Source: Malacoraja senta
Taxonomy: Eukaryota
Length of the DNA: 64,000 nucleotides
Assembly: GCA_038087875.1 (NCBI GenBank)
Contig: JAXLNO010000230.1
Span: forward strand, 310,001-374,000
Reading direction: 5' to 3'
Shown: piece after piece, positions 24,200-38,312 of the stretch
Numbering within the stretch: position 1 is the first letter of the stretch
Layout: every line of letters begins with the position of its first letter
Notes under the pieces: generated by a model
The model's input: only the letters and a program-made list of their open reading frames with translations
Told to the model about the DNA's origin: nothing
Database searches by the model: none
Made by a program: the position numbers and the translations under genes

Positions 24200-24445
24200 A
24201 GAAGGGCTAGGAGCAAGGCCAAATGTGCATCCAGAGTCAAGGTCTGGAATAGTACTAGGTATGCAGTCAAAGCCGGGACAATGGAAGTGTTCAGCACTGG
24301 GAACTTAAGCAGGTAAGCAGCTATGATCAGGGTAAAATAGGGGGCCAGGTGTAAGGCTGGACTCGGGGTCAGGAATGAGAGAAGGTATGCAACTGGAGTC
24401 AGGGTAAGGTGTAGTACCAGGTATGCAGTGAGACCCAGGTTGGTC
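24200..24445. repeat. Degenerate ~36-bp tandem repeat
   Basis: Recurring GGAGTCAGGGT...TAGTACCAGGTATGCAG; 12-aa periodicity in ORF 24193..24450. Confidence 0.55.
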
Positions 24446-25309
24446 AACATGGGCCATGTGCTTGATTATAATCTGATTTCCATACATGAATACACTAAGA
24501 TCATTCATGTGCTGCACCTGTTGATCAGAGCCTGGCTCTACTGTGGAATGTAATTAGGAATGTAATTTAGCCTAACCTTACTCATAGCTAATCCAATTTA
24601 AAGCATAAATATTGCATTCAAGTGTAAGTTAAAAGACTTGCTGCAGTATGCACCAGATTATACAATTTCAAGCTGAAAAATGCAAAAGCTCCGTACCAAT
24701 GGGAGGGGGGACAAAGTCGCTACGCTCCCTCGGGCTTGGTCTCGCGCATTTTCTCCCGCCCAACTCTCACCCAATGTTGGCAGCCCAGTTATTACAAGTA
24801 TGACAATAGAGCTACTGAATCCAAAGTTTATCCCTGTTATTGAATAAAAATCACAGTACCTTGCGACACCATACATTCCAGTTTTGAAGAAGCTTCTGCT
24901 AAACATATCTAGCAGTCTTTGAGTTGAGAGGTTTTTCTCAGTTGAAGTATTTGCACGATTCGTGTTATGCTCCTGAAATACATCTTATCTAAAATATTAG
25001 CGTGAGAATTGCAAGTAATATTCATCATAGTTGTGAAATTTTGTATTGAAAGTTTGGAGGCTTTTATGCTCTGAGAAGCAATTTGTTTCAATGATTTTGA
25101 AGAGCATAAGCCAAATTTTTTTAAAGCTGCTTTTGAGGCTCTTTTAAGAACAAGATCTATTTGGAAAGCCAGTTTTTCTTTTCTATGATGCTTCTTTAAA
25201 GTGTTATGAGGCTCCCAGCATGTCCCGTGGTGAGGTGTACGCTCTGACCTCTGAGCCTTCGATATGATGTGAATCCACTATTCCCAAAGAGCTGCAACAA
25301 TTGATGAAG

Positions 25310-27200
25310 ATGGTGGTGAATCTGTGGAATTCTTTGTCACAAAAGGCTGTGGAGACAAAGTCATTGAATATATTTAAGGCAGAGATAAATAGATAGATTG
25401 TTGATTTGTACGGATGTCAGAGGTTATAGAGAGAAAGCAGGAGAATGGGGTGAGGAGGGAGATAGATCAGCTATGATTGAATGGCGAAATAGACTTGATG
25501 GGCTGAGTGGCCTAATTCTGCTCCTATCACATGATCTTATGAATACTCAGCAGGTCAGGGTGCATCTGTGGATAGAGAGACAGAGTTAATGTTTTGAGAA
25601 CCATCTTCAGAACACATTTTTACCAGATTCTTGTTGACATTTTAACCATTGGGTTGAGAACCTGAGAAATGTTCATATTACTATTTGGGAAAATCTGAAT
25701 CTGAGGTTATTTTTGAATAAAATTTCAGACTTGTACAGAATTAACAAAATGGTGAACACTAAATGTTAAAAAGTTAGATATAGGTATGAGAAAAGTCATT
25801 CAAGCCAGCTCTGCCATTCAACAACATATTCCACCTCAGCAACTCTTTTCATGCCCAGAAATCAATCCATCTCTGGTATGAAAGAACATAACTGAGCTTC
25901 CACAGCTCTTTAAGATGTAATCTTCTATTCCATAGGTTCTGAGTGAAGGAATTAATTCTCCTCTCATACTTAAATGTGTCACCCTTTATTCTTAGGCAGT
26001 GATGTGTGGACCTAGTCGTGGAAAACATCTTTCCTGCATCTACCTTGTCAGGCCGTTTAAGAATTTTTGACAAAATCTCTTGTCATCTTTCTAAACACTT
26101 AAGAATATAGTACCAGTCATTCGATATCTCCTCAAAGAACAAACCTCTCACTTTAGAGTCAGTGTAGTTTACCTTCACTGCAGTCCTTCCTTGTCAAGAA
26201 TATTATTTATTAGGTGATGCCAATGCTCCAGGTGCAGTCGCACCAAGGGCCTTTAAAATGGCAATAAGCCTCACTCCTATAATCAACCTTCACGTAATAA
26301 GGGGTAACATTTTCCACATTATATTCCATGGAGATATTCTTCATTAACATTGTTGATGGGCATCTTCATTTTGCCAGGAACACGATTTGAAAGCCAGCTC
26401 AATGATGTAGAGCAATGGAAGCACTTAGTTTAGCAAGTAAATTATTCTGTGGAATAATCTCAATATGCTCTGGGTTTAAGCCTCCCCTCCCCTCTCCATA
26501 TAACAATCTTTCACTCCCCTGTATCCGCATGTGAAGTATTTGGCTGTGATCCTGAAATGTGAGTGCAACCTTACATTGAATTCTTTCATAAGAGTCTTTC
26601 TGCATTCTTCCAAAAGGCAAAATTAGAAATATTTAGTTGTGAAAGGAATCATGTTGCTGCTTTCTTGTACACAATGTAAGCAGTTACAAACAAATATCAA
26701 GCTATCTTAAGTCATACTGCGCAATAGTGTAAAGAGCACAACCTTGTTTCGCCTGCATGACAGTATCATAGAAAATGGGCCCATTGTACCACAAGAAAGT
26801 GAGACAAGAAAGAATTAACTTTCTGACCCCAACATCTATCATTGGTCTGTACTCTTGGAGGTTGTGGTGCTTCAACTAAATCCAAATATTTAAAAAATGT
26901 GATAAGAATTTTTACTGCTACCACTCTTTCAATTAGTCTTAAGAAAGGTCCGGCCTGTTGCCTGATCTGTTGAGTTCTTCCAGCACTTTCTGTTTTACAA
27001 TTCCAGTAATTTATTACGGATCCGAGCTATTTTCAGGGTTAAAACACTTTTCAATGCCTCCCTTCAATCCTCTACCAGTTACTTTAAATCTATGGCCCAT
27101 AGTTTTTGATCCCTCCACTGAGGGAAATAGATCCTTCCTGTTTACTCTGTCCAAGTAACTCATAATTATACTCATCTCAATTAAATGAGCAAATACTCTG
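25310..27200. mobile_element. Cluster of old CR1 3' fragments (+ 25310-25540; - 25790-26320; - 26820-27200)
   Basis: VVNLWNSL-type and DRV..KDLFP..GHRFK remnants. Confidence 0.7.
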
Positions 27201-27514
27201 CTCCATTTCAAAGAAAATAATCCTAACTATATAAACTTTAGTTTTCTGGAGCAGACGTGTTGCAATTTCCCCTCATTATTGATCCTTGGAAGATAAAGAG
27301 AATCATTCTGTGGGTTCACTCTCTCTATGTGTGCATATTCTACTGTTTTTAAAGATGGGGGACAGGTAATATTCTCTGAATGTGTGCTTACAATTTTGAT
27401 TGTTTCTCTGTGAGTTCATATGTGTAGTATTTGAACAAACAACCTGCATTACATTTCTACCTAAAAATAAAAATGAAAAAAGACTGAAGGAAGTCTGGAT
27501 CAAAGGTATAACTA

Positions 27515-27940
27515 TTGGCCCTCACATGGGCTCAAACTATGCCTGTCTTTTTGTGGGATAGACCACTCCTTTTTCAGTCCTATTCAGGCCCGCTTCCCCA
27601 ACTCTTCTGGGACAGTACATTGGCGACTGCATGGTGTTGCTTCCTGCACTTCTGCAAAACTCAAAAATATTGTTACTTTTGCAGCCACTGTTCACAATCC
27701 ATCTAACATTTCAGGAGATAGCCACCAATGTCTATTAAAAGTCCACAGACTCCCACACCTACCGTAAATATATCTCCTCCCAACCTATTAAGAACACCAT
27801 TGCCTTCCCTCATTTCCTCTGTGTCTATTCCATTTACTCTGATGATGAGACATTCTACATAGGGGCCTCTGAAATGTCTTTCTTTGTTCTTAACCGTTTG
27901 TTTCCCTGTTCTTATATTTCCATCTGTTTTGTTCACATCT
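27515..27940 (+). mobile_element. Old Penelope RT fragment
   Basis: ATGGGCTCAAACTATGCCTGTCTTTTTGTGGGA is similar to the MGPSYACLFVG of the copy at 34538-34762. Confidence 0.6.
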
Positions 27941-29857
27941 CTGTTATCTATCCACTATCCTTAAATTTTATGTATACTTAAATTTCATTTTAAAACAGAA
28001 AAACATAACTAATAATGCTATAGACACAGTTCAGTAGGCATATTAGGAAGAGTGTTTGGTCAGCTCACGACATTGGTTTTTAATTCCGTCTCTGTCCTCA
28101 ACTCAGTCCCTGAAATACAGAAATGAATTGGCGTGTACAAAGGGAGATAGGTTTGAAGAAGCTAATGATTTTTTTGAACCCCGAAACACAACTTGAGTGA
28201 TGGAGCTCGCTGAATCACTTTAAAATTTCCCCTTGACTATTTTCCTGTATTATTCTTGCTGGACTGAGTGCTAAAGGGCATAGTTTCTCATTTACAGCGG
28301 ATCCAAAGATCTGACCATTTCGAACTGGAATGAACAATTTATTTAGTACCATTATTCCTGCAGAGCCAACTATCCAGATGAATGATCCTCTCAGCTGTAA
28401 ACTGAGAAATCTCTTTGGTTTTGTGTTTGAAACCGGACGCACTGCCTCTGTTCCCTGGACACAGGAGTTTGTGCTCACTTGAAATAGGTGGTTTAAAAGC
28501 TTATTTTCTTTTGCGGCAAGTCATTTCCGTGGGTTCAGTCAGTTTGTAAATCAATACTTTAATAACCATTGCAGTCATCTTTCAAACCAGTAATGATTTG
28601 TCTCCTGTTCCTTTTCACCTAATTATATATATTTTTAGTACCCTGCTAGAAATTTGTGAACTGCATTTTGACATGTTATGGTATTATGATTTCCTGGATA
28701 ACCTTTTAGGTTTCTATATGCTGTCATGCTGTATCCTTTATTTAAAAATATTTTTGTGTTGTTGCCTGCTTAAAAATAAAAACATGAATGCAGAATCCAA
28801 AGCATTTCTTAAATTTTTCCAAACTTTATAACTTTATCCCAACAAATAATGTATATTAACAAGGTTGGAGTTGCTGCTTAGGCATAGTTGCGAAAGTGGA
28901 AAAGGTGTTGATATACCACATTTCCTGCCCCTTTCAGATAGTCCCAGAACATTTTAAGTGAATGAAGTACTTCTTGAGGGGAGTAAATATGGTAGCTGGT
29001 TTGTGAAAGAGACTTTTCAGTATGTTTTGGTTGGTCAGTGTACTCCCACCCTCTTTCACCTTTAATTTCCTTATTTTCATTGAAGTTCTTCTGGCTCCCA
29101 TCCTATTGCAGCCCTTCTATTCTGTTATCTCCTTCCTTCCCCCATCCCTCTCCATCCTCTGTCTCTCATATTATCTCTCTGTACCCTTTTGTCTTTTCTC
29201 CTCACCTGTTAAAATCTGCAAAGTCTCTGACTTTTCCAAGTTCTGAGGAAAGATCATAACATTAACTCTTTTTCCCCTCTCCACAAATATGACTTACTTG
29301 CCAAGTGTTTTGAGCATTTTTTGTAAATAAAGTTAATTGAGGAATTATTATTATATGAGGACTTATCTGCATTTCAACAGACTTCAAAAATATATTGGCT
29401 GTAATATGCTTTGGGAGATAGAGATGCAATTGGTGCTTCATAAATGCAAGCCTTTCCACATTGTACTGGAATAAAACCCTAGACCTTGACACCAGCATCA
29501 GAACTGGTGTCTGCATACTCCTAGGAAATCCCAGTACTGAGGAGCTCAACAAGTCATTTTCCAGAAGATAAAACAACACTTTACAGAACGAAATTGGACA
29601 CATCACTGGACTTGTGCTTCCGCGTGAATGATTACACCATTTGTCTCTCAAAAGCTAATTTTCACTAGATATGATGCATAATTTACAGTCATTGGTTTCT
29701 TATTTTCTTTCAGAATCGTAACTTTTTATTTATGCATACGTGCTGTCTGTAAAATTATATAACATTTTATGTATATTGGAAAATCAGAATTCAACATCAA
29801 TTTCAATGGAAATTAATAATAAATATTGGGATTTTGATTAAATTATGATCTTCATAG

Positions 29858-32800
29858 AGAATAGACAATAGACAATAGGTGCAGGAGTAGGCCATTCGGC
29901 CCTTCGAGCCAGCACCGCCATTCAATGTGATCATGGCTGATCATCCCCAATCAGCACCCCGTTCGGGATAGTTTTCTAAACCAACATGTAGAGGAACCAA
30001 CGAGAGAGCAGGCTATTCAAGACTGGGTATTGAGTAATGAGGAAGGGTTAATTAGCAGTCTTGTTGTGCATGGCCCCTTGGGCAAGAGTGACCATAATAT
30101 GGTTGAGTTCTTCATTAGGATGGAGAGTGACATTGTTAATTCAGAAACAAGGGTCCTGAACTTAAAGAAAGGTAACTTTGAGGGTATGAGATGTGAATTG
30201 GCCAAGATAGACTGGCAATTGATTCTTAAAGGGTTGATGGTGGATATGCAATGGAAGGCATTTAAAGACTGCATGGATGAACTACAACAATTGTTCATCC
30301 CAGTTTGGCAAAAGAATAAATCAGGGAAGGTAGTGCATCCGTGGATAACAAGGGAAATCAGGGATAGTATCAAAACAAAAGATGAAGCATACAAATTAGC
30401 CAGAAAAAGCAGCCTACCAGAGGACTGGGAGAAATTCAGTCCAGCAGAGGAGGATAAAGGGCTTAATTAGGAAAGGGAAAATAGATTATGAAAGAAAACT
30501 GGCAGGGAACATAAAAACGGACTGCAAAAGTTTTTATAGATATGTGAAGAGAAAAAGATTAGTTAAAACAAATGTAGGTCCCTTGCAGTCAGAAACAGAT
30601 GAATTGATCATGGGGAACAAGGACATGGCAGACCAATTGAATAACTACTTTGGTTCTGTCTTCACTAAGGAAGACATAAATAATCTGCCGGAAATAGCAG
30701 GGGACCGCGGGTCAAATGAGATGGAGGAACTGAGTGAAATCCAGGTTAGCCGGGAAGTGGTGTTAGGTAAATTGAATGGATTAAAGGCCGATAAATCCCC
30801 AGGGCCAGATAGGCTGCATCCCAGAGTACTTAAGGAAGTAGCCCCAGAAATAGTGGATGCATTGGTGATAATTTTTCAAAACTCTTTAGATTCTGGAGTA
30901 GTTCCTGAGGATTGGAGGGTAGCTAATGTAACCCCACTTTTTTCAAAAGGGAGGGAGAGAGAAAATGGGGAATTACGTATCAGTTAGTCTAACATCAGTA
31001 GTGGGGAAACTGCTAGAGTCCGTCATTAAAGATGGGATAGCAGCACATTTGGAAAGTGGTGAAATCATTGGACAAAGTCAGCATGGATTTACGAAAGGTA
31101 AATCATGTCTGACGAATCTTATAGAATTTTTCGAGGATGTAACCAGTAGACTGGTTAAGGGAGAACCAGTGGATGTGTTATATCTGGACTTTCAGAAGGC
31201 TTTTGACAAGGTCCCACTTAAGAGATTAGTATACAAACTTAAAGCACCCGGTATTGGGGGTTCAGTATTGATGTGGATAGAGAACTGGCTGGCAAACAGG
31301 AGGCAAAGAGTAGGAGTAAACGGGTCCTTTTCAGAATGGCAGGGAGTGACTAGTGGGGTACGGCAAGGCTCAGTGCTGGGACCCCAGCTATTTACAATAT
31401 ATATTAATTATTTGGACGAGGGAATTGAATGCAACATCTCCAAGTTTGCGGATGACACGAAGCTGGGGGGCAGTGTTAGCTGTGAGGAGGATGCTAGGAG
31501 GCTGCAAGGCGACTTGGATAGGCTGGGTGAGTGGGCAAATGCATGGCAGATGCAGTATAATGTGGATAAATGTGAGGTTATCCACTTTGGTGGCAAAAAC
31601 AGGAAAGTAGACCATTATCTGAATGGTGGCCGATTAGGAAAAGGGGAGATGCAACGAGACCTGGGTGTCATGGTACACCAGTCATTGAAAGTAGGCATGC
31701 AGGTGCAGCAGGCAGTGAAGAAAGCGAATGGTATGTTAGCATTCATAACAAAAGGATTTGAGTATAGAAGCAGGGAGGTTCTACTGCAGTTGTACAGGGT
31801 CTTGGTGAAACCACACCTGGAGTATTGCCTACAGTTTTGGTCTCCAAATCTGAGGAAATACATTTTTCCCATCGAGGGAGTACAGAGAAGGTTCACCAGA
31901 CTGATTCCTGGGATGTCAGGACTTTCATATGAAGAAAGACTGGATAGACTCGGCTTGTACTCGCTAGAATTTAGAAGATTGAGGGGGGATCTTATAGAAA
32001 CTTACAAAATTCTTTAGGGGTTGGACAGGCTAGATGCAGGAAGATTGTTCCCGATGTTGGGGAAGTCCAGAACAAGGGGTCACAGTTTAAGGATAAGGGG
32101 GAAATAGTTTAGGACCGAGATGAGAAAAACATTTTTCACACAGAGAGTGGTGAATCTCTGGAATTCTCTGCCACAGAAGGTAGTTGAGGCCAGTTCATTG
32201 GCTATATTTAAGAGGGAGTTAGATGTGGCCCTTGTGGCTAAAGGGATCAGGGGGTATGGAGAGAAGGCAGGTACAGGATACTGAGTTGGATGATCTGCCA
32301 TGATCATATTGAATGGCGGTGCAGGCTCGAAGGGCCGAATGGCCTACTCCTGCACCTATTTTCTATGTTTCTATGTTCCTGCCTCCTCCCCCTATCCCCT
32401 GACTCTGCTATCTTTAAGAGCCCTACCTAGCTCTCTCTTGAAAGTATCCAGAGAACTGGCCTCCACCGCCCTCTGAGTCAGAGAATTCCACAGACTCACA
32501 ACTCACTGTGAGAAAAAGTGTTTCCTCGTCTCCGTTCTAAATGGCTTACCCCTTATTCTTAAACTGTGGCACCTGGTTCTGGACTCCCCCAACATCGGGA
32601 ACATGTTTCCTGCCTCTAGCATGTCCAAACCCTTAACAATCTTATATGTTTCAATAAGATACCCTCTCATCCTTCTAAACTCCAGAGTGTACAAGCCCAG
32701 CTGCTCCATTCTCTCAGCATATGACAGTCCTGCCAGCCCGGGAATTAACCTTGCAAACCTACGCTGCACTCCCTCAATAACAAGAATGTCCTTCCTCAAA

Positions 32801-33325
32801 TTAGGGGACCAAAACTGCACACAATACTCCAGGTGTGGTCTCACTAGGGCCCTGTACAACTGCAGAAGAACCTCTTTGCTCCTATGCTCGACTCCTCATG
32901 TTATAAAGGCCAACATGCCATTCTCTTTCTTCACTGCCTGCTGTACCTGCATGCTTACTTTCATAGACTGATCAACAAGGACCCCCAGATCCCGTTGTAC
33001 TACCCCTTTTCCCAACTTGACGCCATTTAGATAGTAAAGTGGATAACCTCACATTTATCCACATTAAACTTCATTTGCCATGCATCTGCCCACTCCCCCA
33101 ACTTGTCCAAGTCACCCTGCATTCCCATAGCATCCCCCTCACAGTTCACACTGCCACCCAGCTTTTTGTCATCTGCAAATTTGCTATTGTTACTTTGAAT
33201 CCCTTCATCCAAATCATTGATGTATATTGTAAATAGCTGCAGTCCCAGCACCGTCTTTTGGTACCCCACTAGTCACTGCCTGCCATTCTGAAAAGGACCC
33301 GTTAATCCCTACTCTTTGTTTCCTG
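29858..33325. mobile_element. Minus-strand CR1 (29858-29964 plus 32378-33325) with a plus-strand CR1 (29965-32377) nested in its 3'UTR
   Basis: ORFs 30030..32017 (+) and 32503..33269 (-); TCTTCAT repeated on both outer flanks. Confidence 0.9.
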
Positions 33326-33500
33326 TCTTCATTGGCTGTCTCCATATTCCAATGTGAAATAATTTTCATGAATGAAGATACCTGTGATAGCTAATCTGAA
33401 CAACTTTATTTTAGAAACAAGTAGTAAGTCCTTATACACGGCTTTTGGCATTGCATGTTCTCACAATGGTCTTTTGACATTTTAATCCCCATTGTAATCA

Positions 33501-34765
33501 AACTCAGCTGGTGAGGCAGCATCTATGGAGCGAAGGAAATAGGCAACGTTTCGGGTCGAGTCCCTTCTTCAGACTGATGTGAGGGTGGGGGGTGGCGGGA
33601 AGAAGAAAGGAGAAGGGGAGGAGAAAGCAGGGACTACCTTAAATTAGAGAAGTCAATGTTCATACCACTGGGGTGTAAACTACCCAAGCGAAATATGAGG
33701 TACTGCTCCTCCAATTTACGGTGGACCTCACTCTGGCCATGGAGGAGGCCCAGGACAGAAAGGTAGGATTCGGAATGGGAGGGGGAGTTGAAGTGCTGAG
33801 CCACCGGGAGATCAGGTTGGTTATTGCGAACCGAGCAGTGGTGTTGGGCGAAGCGATCGGCAAGCCTACGCTTGGTCTCACCGATGTAGAGCAGCTGACA
33901 CCTAGAGCAGCGGATGCAATAGATGAGGTTGGAGGAGGTGCAGGTGAACCTCTGCCACACCTGGAAAGACTGCTTGGGTCCTTGAATGGAGTCAAGGGGG
34001 GAGGTAAAGCGACAAGTGTAGCATTTCCTGCAGTTGCATGGGAAAGTGTCAGGAGAGGCGGTGGTTTGGGTGGGAAGGGACAAATTGACCAGGGAGTTAC
34101 GGAGGGAGCGGTCTCTGCGGAAAGCAGACAGGGGAGGAGATGGGAAGATGTGGCCGGTGGTGGGATCCTGTTGAAGGTGGCGAAAATGTCGGAGGATTAT
34201 TTGTTGTATGTGACAGTGGGTAGGGTGGAAGGTGAGGACAAGGGGGACTCTGCCCTTGTTACGAGTGGGAGAATGGGGAGTGAGAGCAGAGTTACGGGGT
34301 ATAGAAGAGACCCTGGTGAGAGCCTCATCTATAGTAGAAGAGGGGAACCCCCATTCCCTGAAGAATGAGGACATCTCCGATGTCCTGGTGTGGAACACCT
34401 CATCCTGGGTGCAGATGCGGCGTAGACGGAGGAATTGGGAGTAGGGGAAGAAGTGTAGTCGAGATTGCCATGGGAGTCAGTGGGTTTGTAGTAGATGTCG
34501 GTCAGTAGTCTGTTACCTGCGATGCAGATAGTGAGGTCTAGAAATGGCAGGGAAATGTCAGAAATGGTCCAGGTGTATTTGAGTGCCGGATTGAAGTTAG
34601 TGGTGAAATGGATGAAGTCAGTGAGTTGTGTGTGATGCAGGAGTTAGCACCAATGCAGTCGTCGATGTAGCGGAGGTAGAGTTTGGGGATACGGCCCTGG
34701 TACGCCTCGAACAAAGATTGTTCGACGTACCCTACAAAGAGGCAGGCATAGCTTGGGCCCACATA
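33501..34765 (-). mobile_element. Penelope-like element (RT C-terminus, GIY-YIG, terminal repeat)
   Basis: MGPSYACLFVG..YLRYIDD; FTCTSSNLIYCIRCSRCQLLYIGETKRRL. Confidence 0.92.
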
Positions 34766-37524
34766 TCATATGTGATGTGATGCAGTATGTGACCATAAAT
34801 GTTGTGAAAACGTTTTTTTCAACTGTGGCTGAAATTGTGTACAGCCACAGAAATAATAGTTTGTAAATGAAGATAAATCTGTTTTACTTTGTAAATCCCC
34901 AAATTCTGATCCTGTAAGATGCTTGATGTGGAAATATATTGGTTGACATCTGTCTGCAGTGTAGCTGACTTTTGTGGTCCTTGTTGTCATTTGTGTAATT
35001 GTCTGAATTGATCATGTTAATTCCACTCACTGAATGTTGACATAGATATGTATTATTAATGAGCTGTTGTCATCGTATGCTGCTTCCTGTAAATTTTTTG
35101 ACTTGCATGCTGAGATCCAATGCACTTTATATTTAAAAAAAATTATTTATCAGTTTGTAAATAATGTATATATTCTAACAAATGAAATTATCCATGATCC
35201 TAATGGTAAAGCTTCTTGTAGATATTCTATTTTCAACTAGGTGTTCACAGCCTGCAAAATAGAGAATTTGGTTGATATCATAGGTTAATAAATAAGAGGC
35301 AAAGCTTTTGTTCAAAAGTACTTCCCGTGTTCTATTTTTGAAATATCAGGTGTGAAGTTGTAAAGTGTTTTCACTGTCTCGTAGGAAGACTCATCTTGGA
35401 TTCAGGAGTAAACTGATAGAGAGACAGATACAAAAACACTGAAAGTTGTGATGCAGATAAATAAAGCCATTAAAAAAACAGAAGAAAAACACATACATTC
35501 ACTTTGAGAAAAAAAGCTATGATATAAGTTTGTATTAAGTCACGCAATACTTACTAGGCCTCACTGATAAATTTGTATTAAGTCTTGAAGGAGCCTCATT
35601 TCTGGTAGCACATTCGAGAAAAGATACCGAGTACAAAGCAATAATTGTTACTGCAAAAACATTAAGAGGGTATAGTAACCAAGGAAAGTGGAACACAATA
35701 GGGCTCTTTCATCTCAAATTGATAGGTCTTTCAGAAGGAAATCTCTTTGATTTGGGATGGCTTCAGTACTCCTGCTTCACAGTTCCAGAGACCTATGTAC
35801 TTTATGTATTCACCTTCCCCCGATGATCACCTAGGTTTCAGCCCAAAAGCCAAAGATATTGCATGCGGAATTGGCTACGGTTAATACTTGAGTATAGGTG
35901 GGTGATTGCAGAATCAGTGTAGAGCAGGAGTTTATGGAAATGCAAGAAGAAAAATGTGATTAGTGCAGATGGGGCCCTGATATTCAGTATGGATGTGGTG
36001 GGTCAAAGGGCCTGTTTCCCCACACTGTATAGAAATGAGAAAGTACAAGATCAACCTCGTGGGGGATAAAACATTGTCACTGATAAATCCATTAAACATG
36101 AGGAGAAACCTGTTTTATATGTATCAGTTTCTATCACAAGGAATATTGAGTTATTTAACATTTGGGGAGCATTTAGCTAAACAGATGGGAGAAAGAAATA
36201 GAAAAGTGAGGTAATGGATTGGAGGAGCCTTCTGTGGAGCAGAGGCACACGTTTAGTCCAGTGACCTACCTTTTATGCTCTGCCAGATGCAAGAAGTCTG
36301 TAAAGTACAGAAAAATAAAGCTAACTGGAAGCTATTAGAAACATAGAAAATAGGTGCAGGAAAAGGCCATTTGGCCCTTCAAGCCAGCAGTTAATTTCCT
36401 TTTTTCATTGAACTTCTCCAGCCTCCCATCTTATTGCAGCCCTTCCATTCTGTTCTATCGTTCCTTCCCCCATCTCTCTCCAACCTCTGTCTCTCATATT
36501 ATCTCTCTGTCCCTTTTGTCTTTTCTCCCCACCTGTTAAAATCTGCGAAGCGAAGCAGATTTATCTCTGACTTTTCCATGTTCTGAGGAAAGATCATAAA
36601 AATTAACACTTTTTTCCCTCTCCACAAATATGACTTTACTTGCCAAGTCTTTTGAGCATTTTGATTTCTGTTAAGCAAAGTTAATTGAGGAATTATTATT
36701 ATATGAGGACTTATCTGCATTTCAACAGACTTCAAAAATATATTGGCTGTAATGTGCTTTGGGAGATAGAGATGCAATTGGTGCTTCATAAATGCAAGCC
36801 TTTCCACATTGTACTGGACTAAAACCATAGACCTTGACACCAGCATCAGAACTGGTGTCTGTATACTCCTAGGAAATCCCAGTATTGAGGAGCTCAACAA
36901 GTCCTTTTCCAGAAGATAAAACAACACTTTACAGAACCAAATTGGACACATCACTGGACTTGTGCTTCCGCGTGAATGATTACACCATTTGTCTCTCACA
37001 AGCTAATGTTCACTAGATTTGATGCATAATTTACAGTCATTGGATTCTTATTTTCTTTCAGAATCGTATCCTTTTATTTATGCATACAAGTGCTGTCTGT
37101 AAAATTACAAAATATTTTCCATGTATATTGGAAAATCAGAATTCAACATCAATTTCAGTGGAAATTAATAAAAAATATTGGGATTTTGATTATATTATGT
37201 TCTTCTTCATTGGCTGTCTCCAACATCCATATTCCAATGTGAAATAATGTTCATGAATGAAGGTACCTGTGATAGCTAATCTGAACAACTTTAGTTCAGA
37301 AACAAGTAGCAAGTCCTTATAAACGGATTTTGGCAATGCATGTGCTCACAATGGTCTTTTGACATTTTAATCCCCAGTTTAATCAATTTGCTACATTATA
37401 GTAATATTTTACAATTGGAGTGATTTGCTGCAGTTCACCTTTCTGATGTGTATATATTTTTTGCTATACACTCTTGCAAGAGCAGATTCAGTGCTGAAGT
37501 GATAATAAAAATAAATCTAACTGG

Positions 37525-38312
37525 AAGCTATCAGAAACATAGAAAACAGGTGCACGAGTAGGCCATTCAGCCCTTTGAGCCAGCTCCGCCATTCAATATG
37601 ATCATCCAACCCCGTACCCGGTTCCGTAGTTTTGCCTACATCCCTTGAGCTAAATCTAATTCTCTCTTGAAAACATCCAGTGAATTGGACTCCACTGCCT
37701 TCTGTGGCAGGGAATTCCACAGATTCACAACTCTCTGGGTTTAAAAGTTTTTCCTCATCTCAGTCCTAAAAGGCCTATCCCTTATTCTTAAACTGTGACC
37801 CCTGGGTCTGGACTCCCCAACATCGGGAACATTTTTCCTGCATCTACCCTGTCCAATCGTCTAAGAATTTTATGTTTCTATAAGATCCCATCCTTCTAAA
37901 TTTCAGCGAATACAAGCCCAGTTGGCCCATTCTTTCATCATACATCAGTCCCGCCATCCCAGGAATTAACCTAGTGAACCTACTCTGCACTCCCTCAATA
38001 GCAATAATATCCTTCCTCAAATTAGGAGACCAAAATTGCACATAATACTCCAGGTGCGGTCTCACCAGGGCCCTGTACAACTGCAGTATGACCTCCTGGC
38101 TCCTAAACTCAAATCCTCTCGCGATGAAGGCCAACATTCCATTGACTTTCTTCATTGCCTGCTGTACCTGCATGCTTACTTTCAGTGACTGATGAACAAG
38201 TACACCTAGGTCTCATTGCCCCCTCTCCTTCTCCTAATCTGACACCGTTTAGATAATAATCTGCCTTCCTGTTTCTTGCCACCAAAGTGGATAACCTCAC
38301 ATTTACCCACTA
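37525..38312 (-). mobile_element. CR1 3' fragment
   Basis: ORF 37844..38173 LYRALVRPHLEY. Confidence 0.9.

Larger units (their letters stand above)
29061..37585. repeat. Local direct duplication: 29061-29855 plus 33326-33501 versus 36391-37385; also 36311-36390 versus 37507-37585
   Basis: Directly alignable non-TE sequence; paired ORFs 29262..29651 and 36499..36999 are nearly identical. Confidence 0.92.

Noticed and set aside
28298..28490. Possible cryptic exon (tttacag ... ag|gtggtt)
   Set aside because: Weak donor, no KDM4-like peptide, no supporting evidence from sequence alone
29262..29651. ORF conserved in two copies (also 36499..36999)
   Set aside because: Explained by the local duplication; non-ATG start, no recognisable domain or splice structure
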